The position numbers were made by a program, and so were the translations under genes. A stretch of DNA of 64,000 nucleotides, from the IMG/VR virus record IMGVR_UViG_3300048502_000057; one strand, given 5' to 3'. The notes beneath the pieces were generated by a model. The model worked only from the letters and a program-made list of their open reading frames with translations. It was not told where the DNA came from and ran no database searches. Below, in pieces: positions 55,742 through 64,000 of the stretch. The DNA is from an uncultured virus (IMG/VR IMGVR_UViG_3300048502_000057) (Duplodnaviria > Heunggongvirae > Uroviricota > Caudoviricetes). Position 1 is the stretch's first letter. The number at the start of each line of letters is the position of its first letter.

Positions 55742-56402
55742 TCAACCATTCTCGGACTTGATTGCGAACAAAGCCGAAATGAGACTGCCGGAGGTATTAA
55801 CGGATTCGCCTGACGAAAGCGTGACCAATCGCGAGTTTTCATCGGGCGTGAATGTTTTTGGGTCGTCGTGATACAGACGCCATCTGCCATGCCGTTTTGC
55901 CTCATGATTGAGTTGTGATGCGGTAGTGCGGGACATGCTCGCGACTAGATCGAGCACGTCTTGCTTTGATTTTTCGAACCGATCCTTGCGCATCGCAGCT
56001 TTTGATTGCGATTCGGCATCCCAAACCTGCACGACGTTGCCTTTGACCGAGATCACGGCATAGGGGCTGCGAAGCCTGATCCCAGATGCGAGCTTGCGCG
56101 CCTCTTCCGGGCTTGCCATGACGTAGTTTGTTTCATGGGCGTAACCCGTGGTGAACAAGCGCCCAAGCGCGTAAATGCTCGCTACTCGGAAACTGTCTTG
56201 CGTTTTCCTCGGACAAATTATTGAACGCCTCTTTGAGGGCTGCGAAATAATGACCTTGCGATGCCTGCGACCGTTGCTCGTCTACGATCATCGGGTAGAC
56301 TTCGCCGGCCTGAAATTCCCGATTGCAGTAGGCAACAAACGCCGGCTCTGGCGTGAACACTTCGCCAGTCCATCGTAGGAAAGCCGGGCGCGGGCGGGCC
56401 AC
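55742..56402 (-). CDS. recombination-associated protein (DUF1367/NinB-like; frameshift ~56150)
   Basis: RSQASQGHYFA...SEHLRAWAL..GY...SQS..AM....FE.SK.DVLD. Confidence 0.55.
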
Positions 56403-57143
56403 CTAAGCCATCCTCCTGATCTTTTCGACAAGCATACGAGTTTCGTATTCGAACCGTTCGACGGCTTTGGCGAGCTCGGCTATGTAAGTTTCATCGCGCC
56501 GTATCGTGAATTTTGGCGCAACAGGCATGCCTTCGTAATAGAGAAGTAAGTCTACTTCTTCGAGATCAGCAATCCACATAGTACCGTGCACTTGCGCTCT
56601 GTGTTCGCTTGGCGCACCGGCACCGGTTTCAAGGCGTTCAATCATCAAGTGCGGCGCAAGTGTCTTGATCTCAAGTGCTTTCCGATTGCCTATCAATGCA
56701 TCTGGCGAGCAACCTGCCCAATTCCCGCTTGGTAGACGACGGCGGATAAACCCAACTCGGCGGAGTTCGACGAAATTAGTTCGCGCGTAATAGTCGCGAG
56801 CGGCCGGTTCCATTTCATTGCCGCGCATCATTGCGGCGGTTTGGATCTTTCCTTCGGCAACCCTGCCCGTCAGAATTTCTCCGGCAAGCTTGCGCATGAG
56901 CTCGGCTCGTTGCAAACTTTCCTCACCGTCTTTGCCCGTTGCCATCATAATTCTAAAATTTGATGCGCTAGGTGTGCCGAGCTTGATCCGATACCATTCC
57001 TCCGAGCCTTGTTCGATTTCGTCGAACACTTCAATTTCGGCAGGCTTGACCGCAGGTGCCGATCGAGCGTTGCGTATGTCCGCAACAAACTCGTTCGGAG
57101 TCCGACTTTTGCCAAGCCTGCTACTTGATCCGAACTTAGCCAT
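56403..57143 (-). CDS. YqaJ/lambda-exonuclease family
   Basis: EQGSEEW...LG.PSAS, RGNEMEP.AR..Y, GCSPDAL, LEIK, QVHG.MW. Confidence 0.9.
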   Translation of the reverse strand: MAKFGSSSRLGKSRTPNEFVADIRNARSAPAVKPAEIEVFDEIEQGSEEWYRIKLGTPSASNFRIMMATGKDGEESLQRAELMRKLAGEILTGRVAEGKIQTAAMMRGNEMEPAARDYYARTNFVELRRVGFIRRRLPSGNWAGCSPDALIGNRKALEIKTLAPHLMIERLETGAGAPSEHRAQVHGTMWIADLEEVDLLLYYEGMPVAPKFTIRRDETYIAELAKAVERFEYETRMLVEKIRRMA

Positions 57144-57987
57144 GCTTTGCCTTGTAAGCCTTGAGTGCTCGCTTCACTTCGGCAAACTTGCCGGCTGGAA
57201 TATCCTTGAAGGACTCGACGTCATATCCGCCGCAGACTCGCGCCTCGGTTAGATCGGTGCCGTCGATTTCAAGCTTAAGTTCCTCTACTTCGGCAGCGGA
57301 GATCATGCGAACAACGTCAATAACGTCATCCTTTTTCTTATACCCGTCGTTGTCGAGATCCTGTTGCGCCTCGGAAACGATATTCAGAAGCGCAATCGCG
57401 TTGTAACGCATGCCGTATTGCTGAGAGCTTCCCCAGCCTTGTTGATTATTTTTACTGCCGGTCGTGTCAATCCCAAGCGGGAAGCGAGAAATCCGCGAGT
57501 GACCGTCGATATGTTCGAGGTAGCCAACGACGACAATTCTCGACGCATCTGCGGCCGGCTCAATCACGTTGGATAGCGTAAAACCGTGCTTGCGTAACAG
57601 CGGCCGGCAAACACTCATAATGTTTGGGTATGTCGCCCATTTGGTCTTGAGCTTTTTGTTTCCCTTGGCGGTCGTCCCCTCGCCGTGATCAATGATGCCA
57701 TCTTTGTTGATGACCGGAAGTTCTTCCTGCAACGCGTTGAAGGCGCGCGTAAAGGCTTTCCGAGCTTCATTGGCTTCAACCTGCATTTGCAGATCGACAA
57801 GGGTTTTCATCTTTTCCGCGTCGATACTCGGATCTCGCGCGGCTTGAATGATTGCCTGATAGAGCGTTGCCGGCGCGGCGACTGCAACCGGTTGGGGAGC
57901 CGTCTGGATTGCAACGGCCTGTTTCCCCGGGCTACCGCCGCGTCCGGCTTGGACCCGGACGCGTTCTTTTGATTGGTCAGTCATCAA
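57136..57987 (-). CDS. ERF-family single-strand annealing protein
   Basis: WATY..I....RPLL.KHG, LEH.DGH, GSKN..QGWGSS..YG.RY. Confidence 0.88.
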   Translation of the reverse strand: MMTDQSKERVRVQAGRGGSPGKQAVAIQTAPQPVAVAAPATLYQAIIQAARDPSIDAEKMKTLVDLQMQVEANEARKAFTRAFNALQEELPVINKDGIIDHGEGTTAKGNKKLKTKWATYPNIMSVCRPLLRKHGFTLSNVIEPAADASRIVVVGYLEHIDGHSRISRFPLGIDTTGSKNNQQGWGSSQQYGMRYNAIALLNIVSEAQQDLDNDGYKKKDDVIDVVRMISAAEVEELKLEIDGTDLTEARVCGGYDVESFKDIPAGKFAEVKRALKAYKAKHG

Positions 57988-58862
57988 TACACCTTGGATT
58001 TCGGACGCGTGCCAAACTTTGCACCGGCAATCTGTACGGATTCGTCATTCGAGAATGACACCGACTCGGCATACTTCCGAATAGCCGTAACAAGGGCGTC
58101 GGCCGGCAGGTAAGGCCGCAGCTTGTTCAGATCGAGCGTATTGCGATCGGTAATCTCGACGAACTTTTCCTTTGCCATTGTCGCTAAGGAACCGTCTGCG
58201 GCCCGCGTCCGCATGATATCGGCAGGCGCGGCGAGCGTTGCCATGTAGGCTTCCTCCGCAGCCGCAGCGGTAGCCGTTTGTTCGACGCGAGCCGCCATTG
58301 CAGCTTCCTCAGCCGCGGCGGCAATAGCAGCCTTTGCGGCGGTCGTATCAGGCTTGCGGGCGCGTTCCGCGGCGAGCCGGGCAGCTTCGGCCTCTTGCTC
58401 TTTGCGCAAACGTTCGGCCTCCGCAGCCTGGGCAATGCGGGCGGCCTCAAGCGCGGCGGCCTTGCGCTTTTCTTCCTCGATTGCGAGTTGTCGCACGTCG
58501 TAGGCAGTCAGAAGCTTGTTGAGCCGATCGCCCTCGCCATCATTGCCCTTTTTGTCACGCTTCCAGAGCCTATCGACAATCCCGAAAAAGAATTGATCGA
58601 CGCCTTGGCCGCGGCGAAAGTGCGGAGCCTTTTCGATCTCATGCAGGCCGGTCGATCGCTTGGCTTCATCGCGCAAGAGCTTAATCAGGCCAATCACCTT
58701 GCTCTTGTCGTCATTGTCGGCAATGACCGTGATCGCCTTGGCTTGCTCAATGAGCCGCAACGCGGACTCCTGCACATAGCCGTATTCGTTCTTAAGCCGT
58801 TCAACCTCGACTTTCGCGAAGTCGATCGTTTGCGTATTGTCGCCGATCCCTGGAATGTTCAT
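57984..58862 (-). CDS. coiled-coil protein of the recombination module
   Basis: GIGDN start, EKAPH, Ala/Glu/Arg coil, I.GA C-terminus. Confidence 0.6.
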   Translation of the reverse strand: MNIPGIGDNTQTIDFAKVEVERLKNEYGYVQESALRLIEQAKAITVIADNDDKSKVIGLIKLLRDEAKRSTGLHEIEKAPHFRRGQGVDQFFFGIVDRLWKRDKKGNDGEGDRLNKLLTAYDVRQLAIEEEKRKAAALEAARIAQAAEAERLRKEQEAEAARLAAERARKPDTTAAKAAIAAAAEEAAMAARVEQTATAAAAEEAYMATLAAPADIMRTRAADGSLATMAKEKFVEITDRNTLDLNKLRPYLPADALVTAIRKYAESVSFSNDESVQIAGAKFGTRPKSKVY

Positions 58863-59200
58863 AGCTCAACCTCGATTTGTGGGTATCCGGTGTTAGGGGA
58901 CCGGACAAAGGTTGCCCGGATTGCATAGATTTTGTCGCTCGCGGCATCGCAGGCGATACCGTCCTCGGCACAGATCGACGGGAAAGAAAACGCCTTGGCG
59001 TCGATTACCTTGGCAACCGCGACGTTTTCTCTTTTCGAGAGGTAGCCGACATGCTTCCCGGCTACATAAACCGCGACGGCAAAACCATCATGCGGGTTGT
59101 CTCGCTCGCGGACTAGCATTGCAGGCGAGCCGGCAACTGCCCCAGGCAAGTAAGGGTCTAACCCGCGAAACTTCTGCCCAACGATTGAATAGCGCATCAT
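58859..59200 (-). CDS. HIRAN-domain protein
   Basis: IVG..FR, LVRERDNPHD..AVAVY....HVGYL. Confidence 0.8.
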   Translation of the reverse strand: MMRYSIVGQKFRGLDPYLPGAVAGSPAMLVRERDNPHDGFAVAVYVAGKHVGYLSKRENVAVAKVIDAKAFSFPSICAEDGIACDAASDKIYAIRATFVRSPNTGYPQIEVEL

Positions 59201-59670
59201 CGCATTTGCTCCGGGCGTTTGCGTTTCTTGGCCGGCGGTTTCTTGTCGTTTTGCCGATTTCGGAATGCCGGCTTAACTTTGACCGGCGCGAACGGATCTT
59301 CAAAATCTCGGCCATCGCCGTATATGTCGGTCGGAAACAATCGCGGCTTGCCGGAGTACGGCGCTTGTGGCTGCAAACTCGCCATAGCGGTCCAAACCCG
59401 CATGTAGGCATTGTGCAGCGGATCATCGTCAACCGAGCTCTTGAAGTTGTCGTAGGTGATCCGGTCAACTTCGTTCGCGAGCGCGGCCTTGATCTCAGTC
59501 TTTTTGACCGCGGCCCGGTAGTGATAATCGGACGCCGTGTATTCGGTCACGACGGCACCGGGAAACAGCTTTTCGATATCTCCCGGCCGGCGAGCGCGGA
59601 CCATCAATTCGTCCGGCTTGCAGTCCTTGGCCACGATTGAGAGGAAACAGTCAGACATCATGATCCACAT
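59197..59670 (-). CDS. conserved hypothetical protein
   Basis: MWI....FLSIV...L.VRAR...DI..LF...DY.YRA...I.Y.NFK. Confidence 0.7.
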   Translation of the reverse strand: MWIMMSDCFLSIVAKDCKPDELMVRARRPGDIEKLFPGAVVTEYTASDYHYRAAVKKTEIKAALANEVDRITYDNFKSSVDDDPLHNAYMRVWTAMASLQPQAPYSGKPRLFPTDIYGDGRDFEDPFAPVKVKPAFRNRQNDKKPPAKKRKRPEQMR

Positions 59671-60006
59671 TTACAATTCCTCCATAAATTCGCGGTCGCC
59701 AAAGACGATTGCGATATCTCCGACGAGGCAATCTTTGAGATCCAAGACAGAGCAGCGCCGCGCTTGTGCCCATAGGACCGTCGCCGCAGCGTTAAAATGC
59801 TGCATTTGGCCTTTGCCGTCTTCGTCGCAGAACGCAACGCAATCAACGATTTTCCCGTTGAATTGAAATTTCGTAAACCACGGTACTATCTCGATGTAAC
59901 CGCCGCCGATTGCAGCCTTGAGTAAATCGAGGGTTGGAAGACCGTTGATTTCGCGGACGATCTCTTGTCCGTCTTCGGCTCGGATTGTGTTGATGTAGCC
60001 CTTCAT
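59671..60006 (-). CDS. DUF3846-like protein
   Basis: L..L..AIGGGYIE.V, CDEDGK, N..AT, LVGD. Confidence 0.65.
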   Translation of the reverse strand: MKGYINTIRAEDGQEIVREINGLPTLDLLKAAIGGGYIEIVPWFTKFQFNGKIVDCVAFCDEDGKGQMQHFNAAATVLWAQARRCSVLDLKDCLVGDIAIVFGDREFMEEL

Positions 60007-60213
60007 CGCATCACCCGATATCGAACAGGCCGAATGCCCATCCGGCAACGGCACCTGCGGCAATGACTTCGCCGGCAACGATAAATGCGGCAAATCCGAC
60101 TGATGCGAGGTAAAAGGTAACGATCGCAACCCGGTCGATAAGCGGCGGGGTAAGCGGGTTTCGTGTTCGGTTCATTTCGGCGGCCCTTCCATATTTGGTT
60201 CCGACGCAAGATC

Positions 60214-60243
60214 ACCCTAGGGGATAATTCTCCCCATTGCCAG
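60214..60243 (-). promoter_or_regulatory. leftward promoter with operator in the spacer
   Basis: Minus strand TGGCAA-N17-TAGGGT; GGGGATAATTCTCCCC at 60220-60235. Confidence 0.55.
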
Positions 60244-60307
60244 CACAAAATGATGCGGGGACAAAAATATCTTGAGGGGGAGGCCGGGGCCTGATATTGG
60301 GTAGGGA

Positions 60308-60571
60308 ATGTTTGAACAGCTTATAATCGATAATTTGCTAGCTATTGCATCAGCCTATTGCCAGGGAACCGGCAGGACGATCAATGCCGTCAGTAAGGAT
60401 TTCTACGGCCGGTCCGACTTTTTCGACAAGCTCAAGGCTCGGGAAGCCACGATTACCATCGATCGGCTAGGGCAAATGATCGAACGATTTCGGGCAGAAT
60501 GGCCGACAGGCAAGGTTTCATGGCCCAATACGCGGCCGGTATTTATGACAATCGTTCCGTCTGAAACCTAA
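60308..60571 (+). CDS. Cro-like DNA-binding protein
   Basis: LL.IA.AY....G.T...VS..FYG...F..L.....ITI.R......F...WP....WP; first gene of the divergent rightward arm. Confidence 0.6.
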   Translation: MFEQLIIDNLLAIASAYCQGTGRTINAVSKDFYGRSDFFDKLKAREATITIDRLGQMIERFRAEWPTGKVSWPNTRPVFMTIVPSET

Positions 60572-60578
60572 AATAGAC

Positions 60579-60594
60579 GGGGATAATTTTCCCA
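60579..60594. promoter_or_regulatory. operator copy
   Basis: GGGGATAATTTTCCCA. Confidence 0.55.
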
Positions 60595-60639
60595 AATCTT
60601 GTTGCGAAACGTCCCGCTATGTGGGATTTTGCGCGAATC

Positions 60640-60831
60640 ATGCAGACGAATTTGCCAGATACCGATCTTGACGAAGTCGAGATTGTGTCGCTCGCTCTCC
60701 CGCTAGATCGGGCGACGGTCGCGTGGCTTGGGAAAATATCCGTTGATGACAGGGACGCAGCGGAAAAGGTAGCCTGCATGTTGCGCATGATCCGCGAGGA
60801 CGATGATTACGCGCATCGATCCCTTCATTAA
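60640..60831 (+). CDS. small hypothetical protein
   Basis: Short ORF in the rightward arm. Confidence 0.45.
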   Translation: MQTNLPDTDLDEVEIVSLALPLDRATVAWLGKISVDDRDAAEKVACMLRMIREDDDYAHRSLH

Positions 60832-60849
60832 CCCTTAGGAGCATCCCCA

Positions 60850-61284
60850 ATGGGGCGACCGCGAAAACCGAAACCGGAACCTGAAATCGAGGCACTGCAA
60901 GCCGCCGAAGCCGCAAAACCCAAGTCGGCAGATACGGCGATTGCTGTCATCTCCGCCGGCAAGCTCAAGAAACTGCTCGCCTCACACCGCGCCGCAAAGC
61001 GGGATTCGGCCCAGATCGCTCAGGCTCTCGGTGCTGAGATCAAGGAAGCGGTATCCAACAATCATCTGCACGGCGGCGCGTTCAAGCTCGTTGCCAAGTT
61101 GGACAAGATGGAGCCGGAAGAGCTCTCCCTGTTCATGGATCATTTCGAGCACTATTACGTGTCGGCCGGGCTCGAAAAGCGGGCCAATTCCGTCATGCGG
61201 ATGGATTTGCCAGAGGGCGACGAAGCCGAAGGCGAGGAAGAAACGAACGCGGTTCAGTTCCCGACTACGGCCGGATCGGCGTAA
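60850..61284 (+). CDS. GapR/DUF2312-like DNA-binding protein
   Basis: AGGAG RBS; MGRPRK start; helical L..L....I.EA....AFK.V.KL.KM....Y....G pattern. Confidence 0.45.
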   Translation: MGRPRKPKPEPEIEALQAAEAAKPKSADTAIAVISAGKLKKLLASHRAAKRDSAQIAQALGAEIKEAVSNNHLHGGAFKLVAKLDKMEPEELSLFMDHFEHYYVSAGLEKRANSVMRMDLPEGDEAEGEEETNAVQFPTTAGSA

Positions 61285-61290
61285 TCGGCA

Positions 61291-61890
61291 TTGACCGTAA
61301 TTCTTGGCATAGATCCCGGGATGACTGGCGGCATTGCGCTGATAGAATCGGGCAATTCCGCTAAGGTCTTATTTGCCGGTCACATTCCGACAACCGGGGA
61401 TCTTGCCAAGAAACGGGTTAACGTTCTTGCCGTATTGGCGATCATTCAGAAATACAAACCAAATCACGGTTTTATCGAGCGCGCCCAGGCGATGCCTAGC
61501 CGTATGCAGGATGGCAGGCTTGTTGCGCAGGGCGCATCATCAGGCTTCAACTACGGGCGCGCTGTAGGGGCTTTAGAAGCCTCTGTGCAGGGCTCCCGCG
61601 TGCCCCTGACGATTATCGAGTCTACAGCCTGGAAACGAGCCCACGGCCTTATCAAGCCTCAGGGCGTTGACGGAAAGGAATGGGCGAAGGTCGTCAAGGA
61701 AAACAGCCGGCAACGTGCGCTGATGCTATTTCCCGATGCGGCACCGTTTTTTGCTCGTCGGCTCGACCACGGCCCTGCCGAGGCCGTCCTGATCGCGCAT
61801 TACGGATTGCAATACCTAGCCGGAGCCTTTGCGCCGGCGCCAAAGGCCACCCTCCGCGGCGGCCGGCAACTCAATTTGCTAGAACGGTAA
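61291..61890 (+). CDS. RuvC-like Holliday junction resolvase
   Basis: ILGIDPGMTGGIA, FIE, QG..S.FNYG, WK, DHG.AEA.LIA.YG. Confidence 0.88.
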   Translation: MTVILGIDPGMTGGIALIESGNSAKVLFAGHIPTTGDLAKKRVNVLAVLAIIQKYKPNHGFIERAQAMPSRMQDGRLVAQGASSGFNYGRAVGALEASVQGSRVPLTIIESTAWKRAHGLIKPQGVDGKEWAKVVKENSRQRALMLFPDAAPFFARRLDHGPAEAVLIAHYGLQYLAGAFAPAPKATLRGGRQLNLLER

Positions 61891-61892
61891 CC

Positions 61893-61921
61893 TTGCATTG
61901 GGGAGAATTATCCCCTAGAAC
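61893..61921 (+). promoter_or_regulatory. promoter with operator in the spacer
   Basis: TTGCAT-N17-TAGAAC; GGGGAGAATTATCCCC at 61900-61915. Confidence 0.62.
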
Positions 61922-61945
61922 CTCCGAAGCGAGCAAGGAGGATCA

Positions 61946-63319
61946 ATGACCGACTATCAGAAATTTCTAGCAAAAAAGAAACTTCGCGCTCAGGAACGCG
62001 GATTAAAGCATATGCCGGTGCTTTCCAATCATCTTTTTCCATTTCAGAAAACATGCGTCGAATTTGCCTTGCGTGCCGGATCGGCCGGTAACTTTCTGTC
62101 GACGGGGCTCGGCAAGACAGCATGTGAGCTCGAATGGGCCGCTCATGCCGCCGACGCCACGAACGGTCGCGCGCTCATATTGGCCCCGCTGTCGGTTGGC
62201 TGGCAGATTGCGCAAGAGGCCGAGCGCTGGGGATATGACGCCAAAGTCATCCGCGATATGTCGGAGATCGATTGGGGCATTAATATTTGCAATTACGATC
62301 GGCTGGACAAGTTGGAACCGGCAGCGTTCGGCGCCGTGGCACTTGATGAAGCGAGCATACTAAAATCGTTCGGGGGGAAAACGTCTCAGGCGCTAATCCA
62401 GGCGTTCGCGAGTCACCGTTTTCGGCTCTCTGCCACGGCGACGCCGGCCCCGAACGATCACATGGAATTGGGGCAGCAATCCGATTTCCTCGGGATCATG
62501 CCATCGTCAGAAATGCTCATGCGGTGGTTCATCAACGATACGTCCGTTGCCTCGCAGGAATGGCGCCTCAAGAAGCATGCCGTCAATGACTTCTGGGATT
62601 GGTGCGCTTCGTGGTCGCGCATGGCGGAAATGCCATCCGATCTTGGCGATAGCGACGAAGGTTTCGTTCTGCCGGCAATGAAGATCATTCGGCATCGGGC
62701 AGAGGCATCGCCAATCAAGGGCGCGGACCTATTCGGCATGGTCGATATGTCGGCAACGCAGATGCATGAGGTCAAACGGACCACGGCCGGCAATCGGTCG
62801 AAGTCGGTTGCCGATCTCGTCAACGCATCCACATCGGAGCCGTGGGTTATCTGGTGTGATACCGATTATGAGGCGGACGCGATCAAGGAACGTATCTGCC
62901 CTACGCAAAGGAAATCCGCGGTTCGCACACGCCGGAGTGAGAGAGGGAATACTGCGAGCTTTCGCTGATGGCATCTGTGCGCGTGCTCGTAACTAAACCC
63001 TCAATTGACGGGTTCGGGCTCAACTGGCAGCACTGCGCGCGTACTGCGTTCGTCGGCCGCACATTCTCGTATGAAGGCATGGTATCAGGCCGTGCGCCGG
63101 TTCTGGCGGTTCGGTCAAAAGCGCGAAGTCGAAGTCCATCTGATCGTGGCAGAAGGCGAAGACGCGATTGCGCGCGTGATTGACCGCAAGGCAGACGACC
63201 ATATCATCATGAAAAATGCGATGCGCGCCGCGATGGCGCGAGCCAACGACAAGTCAGTAAAACGACAGACCGCATATGCCCCGAAACACAAAGCAAAGGT
63301 GCCTGAATGGCTAAAGTAA
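61946..63319 (+). CDS. SNF2-like SF2 helicase (several frameshifts ~62890-63080)
   Basis: TGLGKT, LDEASILK, TATPAPND, VLVTKPSI.GFGLNWQHC, YQAVRRFWRFGQ. Confidence 0.9.
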
Positions 63320-64000
63320 TCAAGTGCATTGAGGCTACTCATGGTGAAAATTTCTCGACATATTGCGGGGACAGTTGCCAGATCGTGCCTCAGCTCGCAT
63401 CGGAGACGGTAGGATTTTCCCTGTATTCTCCACCGTTTACGAACATTTTTATTCGTATACAGCGACAGCGAAGCTGACATGGGGAACTGCACAACGGATG
63501 AAGAGTTCAATCAGCACTATGCATATCTCGTTCGTGATCTTCTGCGAGTCACTAAGCCCGGTCGTTTGACAGCAGTTCATTGCTCTGACTTGCCGTCGTC
63601 GAAGTGGAAAGACGGCGTGATCGGGCTCAAGGACTTCCCCGGCGATATCGTCCGCATCCATCAGTCCGAGGGTTGGATTTTTCATTCGCGAACGATCGTC
63701 TGGCGCGATCCCGTTGTCGAGATGACCCGCACCAAGGCTCTCGGGCTGCTCTACAAGCAACTCAAGAAGGACAGCACCAAGAGCCGCATGGGCATTTGCG
63801 ATCAAGTTCTTGTATTTCGTAAAATGAGGCCGCCGAGTGACTTCGGTTATTGTGCGTCATTCATTCGCCAATCCGTATTGGTGGGGTTGGCACCGCTTTT
63901 TGATTTGGGAAGGTATCCGCCGCGGGCGGATGCCATGACCGATCGGAAAGCCAAGCAGATGCTCCGGGCTGAGCTCTACGGCGATCAGCACGGTTGCTGC
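63307..64000 (+). CDS. N4/N6 DNA methyltransferase (frameshifted ~63420-63450; similarity lost after ~63825)
   Basis: YCGDSC, garbled SPPF, DMGNC, LRVTKPGRL.AVHC.DLP, DFPGDIVR, W.DP..EM.RTKALGLLYKQL.KDS. Confidence 0.8.

Noticed and set aside
2522..59640. Long antisense or alternative-frame ORFs (e.g. 2522-3481, 9336-10043, 24089-25105, 58912-59640)
   Set aside because: Shadow ORFs of GC-rich real genes, with no recognisable motifs or RBS
4544..63450. Frameshifts in terL, the SGNH fibre, protease, MCP, neck, helicase and MTase as programmed recoding or prophage decay
   Set aside because: They are scattered single indels, some in short homopolymers (MCP GAAAAC), in genes otherwise intact and free of nonsense substitutions; most consistent with long-read consensus error

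Overview
The whole window is part of a tailed dsDNA phage genome with a contractile tail. It has a Bcep781/PB1-type structural gene set: DUF1073-like portal, MuF, DUF2213-like prohead protease, DUF2184-like capsid, DUF4054-like adaptor, DUF3383-like sheath, baseplate J and DUF2612-like wedge. The host is probably an alphaproteobacterium of the Hyphomicrobiales/Bradyrhizobium type, inferred from an 'ADLPTKA' outer-membrane protein and a suhB/MmgR-like sRNA. Gene order is accessory genes, terminase, giant portal fusion, an extra appendage cluster, small ORFs, head, neck, tail, baseplate, fibres, lysis/membrane genes, a leftward recombination operon (ERF, YqaJ, HIRAN), then a Cro-like gene, RuvC, helicase and methyltransferase. 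Many essential genes carry single frameshifts, most likely uncorrected long-read indels, and several genes look abruptly truncated. Main oddities: (1) the portal is a ~1400-aa polyprotein with NUDIX, HipA/PI3K-like kinase and a truncated ADP-ribosyltransferase-like domain, with A-x-D motifs (also seen at maturation-like positions in MuF, protease/scaffold and capsid) and HPR-G-F motifs at several domain boundaries; (2) one ~65-aa module is inserted about 12 times in six structural genes; (3) three fibre-like proteins have Sec signal peptides, two of them with paired cysteines; (4) an intact tRNA-Asn lies inside a coding ORF; (5) there is a phage-borne suhB/MmgR-like sRNA and a pseudoknotted RNA candidate before the head operon; (6) a 16-bp operator palindrome occurs eight times. 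All family assignments come from motif recognition by eye; no database search was run.
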